Assembly: GCF_964355755.1 (NCBI RefSeq)
Contig: NC_092673.1
Coordinates: forward strand, 34,159,648 to 34,223,647
Direction of reading: 5' to 3'
Source of the DNA: Antedon mediterranea
Taxonomy: Eukaryota > Animalia > Echinodermata
DNA length: 64,000 nucleotides
The first letter of the stretch is position 1, and every line of letters begins with the position of its first letter. The notes under the pieces were generated by a model, which searched no databases, was not told where the DNA came from, and worked only from the letters and a program-made list of their open reading frames with translations. Of the stretch, positions 52,236 through 64,000 are shown in pieces. Both the position numbers and the translations under genes were made by a program.

Positions 52236-55200
52236 AAGTTCGTTAAGTCATTTAATCCTAATATTCATTGTGTAGGGTTTATAACAGCTTAGACAATAAA
52301 GTACTACATATAAATCAAGCCAAATGTATCTTAACATTCTTTTATAAACGTATATGTTGTTAGCATACAACATTTGTAGCAGGTCATTTTTTTGTGAGGA
52401 GGGCAGTCGTAAATGTTTCTCTGGGGACGAAAAAGCTTTTGTAGAAGACTAACGTTTATATCCATACTGTATGTTGAATATCGTATATCATTTAACTACG
52501 AGAATGATCCAGCAAGCATCAAAATTGTTCAATATTACAACAAATCATTCTGCAGGAATTTGCTGGAGATGTCTTTAAATGTTGGGTTATTAACATAACA
52601 TCATGAATTCCTAGACAGATATTGACTAAGGACTTAAAGGATTTCTACTCTTATTTTGAAATATAATCAATTAAAACTTCATTGGTAATAACACCACTTT
52701 TTTTTTCCTGAAACTGGTAATGACAGAGAAAAAGCATGAAGCAAGCTCTTTAATTAAACTCCAAGTAAGAATAAAATCCAAACACACCTGGTTAATTATT
52801 CAAATTTAGCAATTACGATGCTCTTTTGAGCTTTGAACTGTAACTGAAACTGTGTACTCACAAATGGAGAACAGCTTCTTCTTCCCTCCATTTTGGTTTT
52901 TCTTCCAATAAACACTTTCTAAATTCTCTCCAGTCTGGTGATGTACATGGGATTGTAACTCACCCCAACAAGAAGCAATAGTAGATGGAATTGACATTGA
53001 CAATTTGAAGTACCATATTCAAAGCTGATAAAATAGATTTCTGAAGGGCTTCTTACAAATGGTGATGAAAAGGTCCTCAAGATGAGGCTGTGGTCAGATA
53101 TTGCAGGAGAGATCCAGAAAGATTGTTGATGAGATTTTTACGGCTGGAGACATGGCTAGATAAATCTGATTGTACAGGTTAAAGAAATTAAAGTGGGAGA
53201 ACTAGTGAGATCCTAGAAAGGATATTGAAGAGATTTTTATTATAAGGCTGAAGAAATGTTGCTGGCGAGATTCAATTGTGTTGTTTGCTTTTTTGTTTCT
53301 TTTTAAAGTTTTTTCTGAAAGGAATAAAATATATATTTAAGTCTTGGAAAATCTTTGGGAGATGGCTGTGGCAGATTTTAATTCTGGAGTTTGCTGAAAA
53401 GAGAGAAAAGGCTTTATAGAGAGTATTAAGAGTTTATACAGAGAATGTACAGGGCCAGGCTGAAGATCTTAAATGTGAGTTTGAAAAGGTTAGCCAGGTG
53501 GATCGCGTAGAGATTTTGTGAGAGATTCCAGAATAAATTAGGATTTTAAAGAGATCTTTAAGATGAGGATAAAGAAATCCTAGAGAGGAGGCTGGCGAGA
53601 TTCCAGAGAGTTCCTATATAGAAGTCTTGAAAACTTTTGGGAGAAGGCTGTGGTAGATTCTGAAGAAGATAAATCCTGGAGAAATCTGGAAAAGAGAAAG
53701 CTTTAGTGAGATCATTGAGAGTTTGTCAGAGAAATAACAAGAAAAGACTAAAGGCAGCTCTAAAAGAAAGGTTTGAAGAAACACTGGATAGAAAGAAAAA
53801 GAGTTCCAAGAGATCCAACATTTTACATTCATTGAATATTGGCTATTTAATATAACAGAAAATATTAAAGCCTACAATATCATTCTGTTCCATGTTCTCG
53901 GTCATATACAGTGTATGACATTTAGGAGGATGTGTAGAAGTGGGGCGTACAAGTAGCAACATTACTCTGCAGCCAGGTGACATAAATAGTGAGTATGTAG
54001 GTCAGGAAGTGACAACAATCTTATAGCTAATGTGATTCCTAACAGGCAATCGTGAATTTAAATCAAAACATGAATACAGTTGCAATAAATTATTGAACAC
54101 TTGTACAAAATATATTATTAAAATCAAACAACATATAAATGGACACTTCACTTGAAGATTGTTGATGTAAATACATTATGTATGTCTTGGTCAAACTCAC
54201 AAAAACAGCAGATGTATCGCACTACTGTTGACATTTAATTAAGACATGGAAAAATAAGCTTATTTCTCCATGTTAATGGAAGGACTGACCGAAGAACAAA
54301 CTTGTGTAACTTGGTTGGATTGTACTAATAAAAACTATTTGATCTGTCATTTGTGTTTATGATAATGTTGGTACAATACTGCATATATATATTTTCTAAC
54401 CATAAAAGAAGGAGAAGTTATTTTGTTGCAAAACATTCAATTGCAAGCACAAGATGATACTGATGGAGGTTATCATGATAATGATGATGATGATAATAAT
54501 AATAATAGAAGATTTTTGTTGTCTCTTCATTGCAGACAAATATACACATGATTTAAAACAAATAGAAGTTTATGCAGAAAAAAAGCACTGAAATTAAAAA
54601 TTTTATGCAGACTTATAATAGTTGATAATGAAAGATGATGATAATAAAGGTGATAATGATGAACGATAGATGAATAAACGATGATAATGACATGATGATG
54701 ACAATAAAGATGATGATAGTAGACAATCAGATAAGTCAAATAAGAGGTGCTTGTATCAAGGGAATACTCCTACACAATAACCTACATATTGATGACATAC
54801 AAATTAACTTGACAATTTATCTGTCAATGTAATCTATTTTTTATCGCCTGCTATACTGAACACCCACACGTGCGGAAATACTTGCAATCATTTTTTATTT
54901 TCAATAAAAGTTATTAGTGTCTTTCATCTATGCGTGATACAAGTGTTGGTGCTAACTATAACTTTACATTTTAAAGAGACGAACATTCTTTATCCCAATT
55001 GATACAAGATTCTCAAGGTTGGTAACAAAAAAATTGTTATTTTCTATAATTTTTAAAAATTATAATTGCATTCACCCGATCATTACAAAAAGTTAACAAA
55101 AAGTTTTGTGGTGTGACTTTAAACTTGAAATCGCTTGCGGAATGAAATGAGGAACTGTGATACAATTTTAAGAGTTTTGAACACTCTGAAAGTTTTCACA

Positions 55201-56989
55201 GAAAGTTTTCACAGAAAGTTAAAACTTTAAATTTTACATTTGCTTTTATTTTACCAAGTTGACCAATAAAATAAAATTATTGCTCCTTTAGGACTCAGGC
55301 ATATAAGGGTGTGCCAATTTGTGCAAGCGGAGGACTGACCATACAAAGGTGTGTTTATATTCTTTTCCAAATTAAATATTATTAGCCAGGCGATATAAAA
55401 AATTGTACTATTTCGTTTAGGATAAGCTGCTATGATTTCATCAATTTAAAGAGTAAAATGATATAATGATTTTGCTGACCTTTGACCAATCATTTTTTGC
55501 TTTCTTCTCTTGAAATTGCAAAAACAAGATGATGCAGTAAATTAATCAACTGTTGTAACATTTTCTTGCGACTTGCGTCATAAATGAATACGCAATACAA
55601 CATTTTTCTTCTGGTTATTTCCAACTTTAATCGAAAGCTGAAAATAATGATAAAGCAGATATTACAATTTACATAATTGCTGCACATGCTATAGGTAGTT
55701 AAAAGAAGAAGATGTTAGAACTCTTGAACTCAACATGAATTAAAAAAGCGAGACACAGTAAAAAATTTAGACCTGCATGTGTGTTCTGTTTGCATAATAC
55801 TTGAATTGCTTCGTCCTTCAATTTGGATGTTTAGTTGTTGGTCTGATCATGTTAGCTTCTTTTTTTTTTGGTGGTGGCAGAGCTGTTCTGCAGTCATTGT
55901 TTCTAAATATAGAAGTGCTCTTGACCGCTATGGAAAAGAACTCAATAAAGCATAATTATAATTATTCAGAGTCTTCCTAAGAAAGGTGGTTGGAGTGAAG
56001 GAGAGGGCAATGAGGTGTAGGGCGGAGCTAGCTATGTCTTATTCTAGCTGTAATGTTTATAAATATATACATTTTGGTCATATCCCAACATTAATTTTTC
56101 AAGAAATTTTATAATCATTGTGGCTCTTCTCAATCATAAATGCTACTATTTTATAAAACAAAATCAATTTTATATTTGGTTATTTTTGCTGTCACACTTA
56201 CAACGTGCACTTTATCTTATAAGCATACGATTTGATATTGTTAACAATCTATCCAATATGCCGAGACAACGATTTTATGCAAAAACATTTTTTTAAAAGA
56301 TCATAAAATATGTCATGTAAAATTTTAATTCAAGTCATATCAATGTTTTCAATTATAAATACCATTTAACGTATACTTCTGTGGACGCCTGTTTGATGTC
56401 GAACTGAACTTGTGAACCAAGCAACAGAATATAGACCTATTTGTCATGACATACTACACATTACACATATGGCTTAATTCGAATAACACCGCATATAAAT
56501 ATTATGCCTTGCAATTAATTTATATCAAGGTATTGTGGGATAGTACAGTAATGTTATTATCAGTCCATTGTTTCAGTGGTGGCGCCAGAGTCCCCAGCCA
56601 ATTATGCATCTCAACATTTGTATTGTCTCCGTCTGGACTTTAACCTCCTGTCAAGAAGAGCCTGCCACCATTAATGCGGCCAATAAAAAGGTCGATAATA
56701 TTAACTAACAGTAGCAGTTGCTGCTACAAAACCAGTACCATGAAGAAATTTGTATCACTAAATATCATACACAACATGTTTACAACAACAAACCATGGCG
56801 ATGCTTTATAGTTCAGGCATAATTGCGGCACAATATATTTCATTCTACTTAACACATATGCAAGGATTTAGTTTATAGATAGAACATTTTTAATGCGACA
56901 AATTTTGCCAAAAGTACAACCAATAACCAATAAATAAATATTTCACAAAGTATGGTATATGTATAGAAGAGATAAATTTGTTTTATCTA

Positions 56990-57080
56990 CATTTTAATAA
57001 CGTTAATTTGTTACCATTTTAATAACGTTAATTTGTTACCATTTTAATAACGTTAATTTGTTACCATTTTAATAACGTTA
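56990..57080. repeat. 25-bp tandem repeat, about 3.6 copies
   Basis: Unit cattttaataacgttaatttgttac. Confidence 0.9.
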
Positions 57081-60000
57081 GTAGTAGTGTTTCCAACAAC
57101 TTTGATGTGAAGTGTATGACATTTATCAATAATTTTAAAGTCAAGATAGTTGAGACAGTGAAAAACTTTAAATTAGAAAAAAACATATCATAGCTATTTG
57201 ACAAAGTTTAATAGGATGAATTCTTTCTAACCAAGTTAAATACTCTTCCCATTTGATGTGCATTGTTTCTTCAACTTTATGTACATTGCACTTGCGCTTC
57301 TTCTGAAGGAAATAAACTGGTTAAATTGTATGCAGAATAAACTACCTATATTTCAAAACATTTTAGTTTTAAAATTGGTATTTATGCTACTATTTGGGGT
57401 GAAAGTCACTTGACTTTCAGGTAAACACGGTTTGGTTCTTTCCCCGTTCTTTCACTTTAATCAACCATTACCACACACACTGATAAATACTAGTTTTGGA
57501 AGTAAGAAGTAAGTAGTAGAAGGAAGTAAGACAGTTGTTTAGCAAAAACACCCCCCACCCCCCCCCTCACCAAAAAAAAAAATTAATAATAAATAAAACA
57601 TAAATTAATAACTTATGGGTGAAATACCTGCATTTAATCTGAAGTACATTTTGCGTTTTTCACCGTCTGTATCATTTTTTTACGTTTTTTCAAAATGATT
57701 GCATTTGAATTTTATTTAAATGTTTTTATTATTGTAACAGACACAGCTCCTAGGTAGTAGGTACACATTGTATACGGTACTATATACTATCTAGTAGAGG
57801 AGCATACATTCAACCATGGAGGAACATTTTTTTTCCTTCATGATTAAACTTAATAGCAATAATATTATTTTAATATATTATTGATATACGCTGTTATCAT
57901 TATTTTATAATCTTTTTATTTGAATATAAAACACTGCCCAATTACTACTTATTTGAAGTCTATGATCCATGTTTCGCAGAATGTTAAGGTTTTAAACATT
58001 AGTTCTTGGTGCTTTATAAATAATCAGTATTTGATCAAATTCTAACCTTGTTAAATTTTAACCTCATTTTTGTATTTTTATGTGCATTTTTAATTTTGAA
58101 CTGTGTTTGACCATGAATAAATAAAATATCAAAAATAATATTAATACATTGTATTTATTGTTTTCAATATAATTTATTATTGTTTTCTATACTTTTTTAT
58201 TTTCATTCCTAAACACCCCGCTTCCTCCACTCCTAATAAAATATCTACCCCCGACAGATAATATTGAGGATTTCAAAATCAAGAATGCAACCATTTTATA
58301 TATTTGTTATAAAGAATAAGGTGATAATTTCTCTAGATATATTAGGTATCTTTCACAGCATATGGTTGTTTAGTATCATGCCAGATGATCCATATTGAAA
58401 AGGTCAAATGTTAACTAGCACGTAACCTGACCAGATGGTCATGAATCGATTGATATAGTGCATATAGTCATATACGATGAAAATATGATTTAATAAATGT
58501 AAACATTATTTCTCTTATAATATGGGCAACTGTTAAAAGCAAGAATGTGAAAAAGAAGGGAAGAAAGAACTCCTAAAAGAGGACACATTAGGAACCCAAA
58601 ATGTATCTTCTTAAAAAGATACTGTCCTCTAAATAGGGGTTGGCTGTAGTTGAAACATGTATCTCATTGGTTGTTTCACCAGTAAAAAGTCTCGCTGTAG
58701 GATGTTCCTGAAATGTACGGGTTTTACAGCATTGTTGGATTGCAGTTAACCTCCACCTCTAATTAACATAGCCTTTTCTATAGAACTGTACTTTTACATA
58801 GCATTGTGGGATATCTTTTTATTTCAAGAATATTTTATAAGGGTGGTCCATTTAGCCGAAGCTGCAGTTAAAATACATTTTTTTGCATACATTTTGTCAG
58901 GATAAATAAAGTCGCCAAACACACTTGTGAACGAATGAAATTTAACGGAGACAAGAAGATGGAGGACAATTTGAGCTATGACAGCTGGGTCTAAAGAAAG
59001 TGACAAAATTTAATAGGAGATGGATGAGGCATTAAAGTTATGACACTTAAACGCAATCATAAAGTGACATTTAAATGTGAAGGGGACACCAATGGGACGA
59101 GAAAGAAACACTTAAAATTATGAAAAATGATTAATTTAATAACAAAGTATGATTTTACATAGTTGAGGAAGAATATGAAAAGTAGATAAAGAATATAACA
59201 TTTGGCAGATTTTAGGGAAGACAACAATTTCATAATTATATTTCTAATTATATTTATATAATCATTATGATTGATCTTGGTACCCAGGTGTAATTTTATT
59301 TATTAATTCTTTGTATAATACTTAAAAGATCAAACAGACGACATTTATATACTTCCTTTACAAAAATACCACAAATGTATCTAAAGAAAATAATATAGGA
59401 AGTAATATATTGATATAGGGTGTTTGATTACATTGAAAGCAATCAAGAGGATCACCATCTGGTTGTTAACATATGGAAATGTTATTTATTTACTATAATA
59501 TTGGCCTGTTGATTTCTTTAAGGGCTTGTTTTAAACATTTTTTTTATCCACAATACTGTGTAGTTCATCTAATACTGCAGTTGACCCTGGACATACCAGG
59601 TTGATGTGCTACAATTTGTAAGAAGTAAGCAAAATTAAGGGCGAATATGATAAATGATAAATAACATTACGGTTTCTTTAATTACCATGACATATTTGAC
59701 CACTAGACATCAGTTTTAATGCTAGCAGAAATATGCTTTAAAAAAAATTATAACCACTGATTATTTTTATAAATTTACTGTAGAATGACAATTGTATTTA
59801 ACTACTGTGGAGTAGCTTTGTGTTAGGAAGTTAAGCGGCAAGATGCTCGCTCTACCCTAGACATCTAGCCATCAGTGCAAGCTCAGTTTTCTAGAGGTAT
59901 TAACGCTAGGCTAGTGATCTGGAGGTACTATGTTTTGAGTCCCATAAACACACCTAGACCCTTATTTGTTTGGAGTGTCATGTCGTGTGCCAAAGTGTTT

Positions 60001-60469
60001 TTTCTTTACAAATATTAAGCTGAATCGCTTTCTGAAACCTGCACGAAGGGAGAAAATCACTGGCCAAGGTTATTATTGTTTTCCCTTGAATTGTCTGCAA
60101 GTAGCGATATGTGCTGACATTTTCAGATAAACGACTGAGATATGAATTCTGTATGAAGGTATAATGTCTACTGGTTTATGAATATAACATGCTGTTTTAT
60201 TATTTATATTGAATATTGGATTTGTGTTGCAATGTTGGTGTGAAATCATCTGACGCAAGCATGTTTTGATATTACAAGTGTATAAACATAACAAACTTTA
60301 TCCAAGGTTTTTCACAATATTAAATGGCCAACAAATTTGTTGCCAAATTTATTTAAAAAAACTGAAGTGGTTTATGTAAGCACAAAATTTGAAAAAAAAA
60401 CACTTGTATTTCAAGAGTGATATACAACTACAGTACAATAAAAAAAAAAAACAAATCTGCAGAAACAAA

Positions 60470-61135
60470 TACAGTGATCAGTGTATACTCTATCTAATGG
60501 TACTCCCCACTAAGCAGTGTATACTCTAGGTAAACGATCAGTGAACACTTACTTAACAACTGACGTCCCACTGACCAGTGTTCATTCTTTAACTTTCAAT
60601 AACTCGTTGAACAGTGTTAACTAGGTGAACTCTCTCTAACCAGTGTTCACTAGGTGAATTCTTACTAACCAGTGTCTACTTTACTGTAGGTGAACTCTCA
60701 CTAACCAGTATTTACCCTAGGTGAACTCTCACTAACCAGTGTTCACTAGGTGAACTCTCACTAACCAGTGTTCACTAGGTGAATTCTTACTAACCAGTGT
60801 TAACTAGGTGAACTCTCTCTAACCAGTGTTAACTAAATGAACTCTCTATAACCAGTATTTACCCTAGGTGAACTCTCACTAACCAGTATTTACCCTAGGT
60901 GAACTCTCACTAACCAGTATTTACCCTAGGTGAACTCTCACTAACCAGTATTTACCCTAGGTGAACTCTCACTAACCAGTATTTACCCTAGGTGAACTCT
61001 CACTAACCAGTATTTACTCTAGGTGAACTCTCACTAACCAGTGTTCACTAAGCGAACTCTAAATACTAAACAAGTGTGCACTCACTAACCAGTGTTCATT
61101 CCACCAGTGTTCACTCTAGGTGAACTTTCACTTAA
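60470..61135. repeat. 29/31-bp minisatellite with degenerate edges
   Basis: Unit ctaggtgaactctcactaaccagt(atttacc/gttca). Confidence 0.92.
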
Positions 61136-62509
61136 ACTAGTATTAATTGAGTTCCAATCATTTTGAACTTGGAGCCCTCAGTTTACTAGTAAAAAAGAAA
61201 CATGTATCAAAGGTCACATGATTTTTTATTTGAGGCTTGGGTAGTGACATAGTTTTTCACCATACAAATTAAAATCCACAAAACACTTTCCAAAATGTAG
61301 GGCTAAAAAAGGCTTGATATATTTATGCTATTGAACCCTCTGTCTAAATGAGAGTTAACCTGTGAAGACTTAATGTTGTCAATACGAGAATTACATAGTA
61401 AGTAGTTAGTTGATTAGGTAGAGTCAAGGGACTGCAAAATGTACTGAGATAAGTGCAGGAAGAATGATCATGTGATCAATGGATCTACAAGGTGCCATTC
61501 TGGGACTTTTAAATAAAATAAATTATTAATAATATTGATCTAATCATAGGATATTATGTGAATAAAACTTCAATTTGTTTAAAATAATAAAAAATAATGC
61601 TATTAAATAACCATAAAAAATGTCATAAATTTGATAAACAGCATTTTCTCTTGTGAATATTTGTATGCTTTTAATTCTGTTATTTCTTCAAATATCGATT
61701 TGTTCCAACTACTGTAATAGCATGGCCCAATGTTCTTGACATTTCATCAGAGGTTCGTGTTCAACAAATGTTGGGTCTCTGAGGTAAAGGAAACATTTGA
61801 GCAACAGACTCTCAACATCTTAAGCCTCTGATTGACCAGAAGTTCAGCTTGTTTTTACAACTTCTTCTCGTTTAACTTACCTGAGCTGCATGGTTAGTTT
61901 TACCATAGAGATATTATAATATCTCTATGGTTTTACCAAGTGAAATGATAGGATTAAGATAAAGATGTAAAAGAATATGATTATAATGGCATGATAATAA
62001 TGAATAAAGACAAAACAAACTCAAAATATCATTACAAATTTATTAAAATAAACAATGTATTTAATAAAAAATAATCAATGATCAAAATGGATGGTTATTG
62101 TAAATGACTAATTATATAAACATTTTATATTTGCAATAATTAGAAAATTTAATTTTAGATTTGCAAGTTAAAGTTAAGTTTAGGCTAAATTAAATGTCAC
62201 TGAAAATTTTAAAATAAAATATCATGATGAAATATATCAATTAAATGTGAAGGCATGTATTGAATTAAAATTCAGTCAGATGTCTGGGTTAAAGTGATTA
62301 AAATTAGAAGATATTAGGGATTGTAGACACAGAATACTGTCGCCCTTTACGACTATAAGCACAGGTGAATACATCATCATTTAAACAAGGCTGATTAGTT
62401 GCTTGTTAATATAACTTTATAACGTCAAGATTGCAAGCTAAATGATTTTATTACAGTGTGTTATTACACATAGACATTGTGATATGAATGCTGCACTGTT
62501 TCTCCTTAA

Positions 62510-62899
62510 AGATATATTGTCCCCCTGAAACAATCATTTTTTAACATTTTTTTGTTGAATATGCCATTTTAATGTCACATAATAGTTATTCACTTTGACC
62601 AAAGATTGGATTGAAAAAAAAATTATTTACCTGAAAAAAATGTAATTTAACGCAAAAAAAAAAGTCAAATTGACTGGAATTTGATGGGTTTTTGGTTGAA
62701 TTTATTTGTTGTCTTTTTAATCGTTTTTTTTTTAACTTTATTAAAACTACTAAATGGCATATTCTTTATGCGTAAAAAAATATTGTTCTTTTAACCCTAA
62801 AAAATAATTTTCTGATATGACAGTAAAGAGAGTCAGTTTTGGTTATTTGAAATTGTTGTCTAAAAAAGCAAAACAATTAAATGCAGTGAAAGTGCATCT
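62510..62899. mobile_element. Possible Kolobok-type MITE
   Basis: TTAA-agatatattgtc ... gaaagtgcatct-TTAA: imperfect short TIRs with TTAA flanks. Confidence 0.35.
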
Positions 62900-64000
62900 T
62901 TAAAGATGTTAGAATAAAAAAAACATCAATCAAGTCAAGAATTGTTAAAGCTGATTTTATTTTCTAAAATTTATAGAATGAAAATTATATTAAACTTATT
63001 CTTGAAATTATTGTAAAACAAAGTAGAAAGTTCAAAATAGTGCAATTTAGTGAAATAATTCAACACAGATACAAGAACTGGGTACATAATCTCACCCTCA
63101 GAAATAAGGGTTCTAAACAACCTCTATCAAACACAAAAAAAGAAAACACCATTGTCCAGTAAAAACTTTCTTGCGATGTAATATCCGTCTGATCAAATCA
63201 TTTCTAAACCTTAATTCCACCCCTATACCTAAAAGTAACCCATGCTCTTAAAATGATCGAGTTACATAAAACCAATTTCCTATATCGTTTAGTTAAAGGA
63301 ATCTTGGAGTAGCTGGTGATATTTTAATGATTTTTCTCAGTAAATGACTTTAAGCTTCCGGCTAAATTGAGGTCTCAGTCCAATGGCCATGCACTTTTTC
63401 CAGTCATGCACATTTACGAGCTATGTAATTATGTAAAAAGGCCGTTTTGGTATGTAGCACTATTAGATATTATTGAGAAATATGATATACAATGTACTTA
63501 ATGGATTCTATAGATGATACTCTAGTTAAGACTATTTTAACACACGATTTAAATGTCGCCATCGATATGTACACTTACACCATTAGGGCAGAATGTTAGC
63601 GCATATTGTTCATATAGCCGTTGATTGGTTTTAATGTGGCACAATCAAAAATATATTTAGCATAGTCATTAGTGCTGAGAGGGTATGTATATTATGTACA
63701 CTTCCCCCAGCTTTAGAGTTATTTTTTTTATGTAAAATGATCCTTTTTTCTTGATTATGTATTTGTTCCAGGGTACATTAGAAATGTTTTTTGTGGAAGG
63801 AAAAAGGTGAAAAATGTATGCAAAGAGTTAAGCAGGAGAATATCAGAATTGTTGTCCTAGTAGGCAGATGGGCAAAGGTAATTCAGCTCCATTCCAATCT
63901 GCATGAACTGTAAATCAGCTGTGCAGCTCATATACTTTGATTCCTGTATTAATAATCACTGTATGTTGCATAAAGTAACCATTTTGTTATTTAATCGGTC

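Noticed and set aside
52800-53830. Purine-rich stretch with short ORFs
   Set aside because: Degenerate gagat(c/t)ccaga-type low-complexity sequence with no recognisable domain or consistent reading frame.

Overview
AT-rich animal (eukaryotic) genomic DNA, most likely an invertebrate deuterostome; the taxon is inferred, not shown. The only protein-coding gene I can support is the 3' half of a CPEB2/3/4 (Orb2)-subfamily gene on the + strand. It has six GT-AG exons between 1691 and 10299 that encode RRM1, RRM2 and the ZZ zinc-binding domain, then a long U-rich 3' UTR with CPE-like motifs and repeated miR-92-family seed matches. The remaining ~50 kb contains no recognisable host coding exon. It holds a ~4 kb satellite built from palindromes (284-bp monomer), many minisatellites, Harbinger-type and other MITEs, two tRNA-headed Deu/Nin-domain SINEs and several LINE 3' remnants. 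It also holds a short Penelope-like insert carrying an apparently intact minimal hammerhead ribozyme (minus strand, ~25216-25256), with a dead copy in the last CPEB intron. Most long ORFs in the track are read-throughs of tandem repeats. No database search or folding was run; family assignments come from motif recognition.
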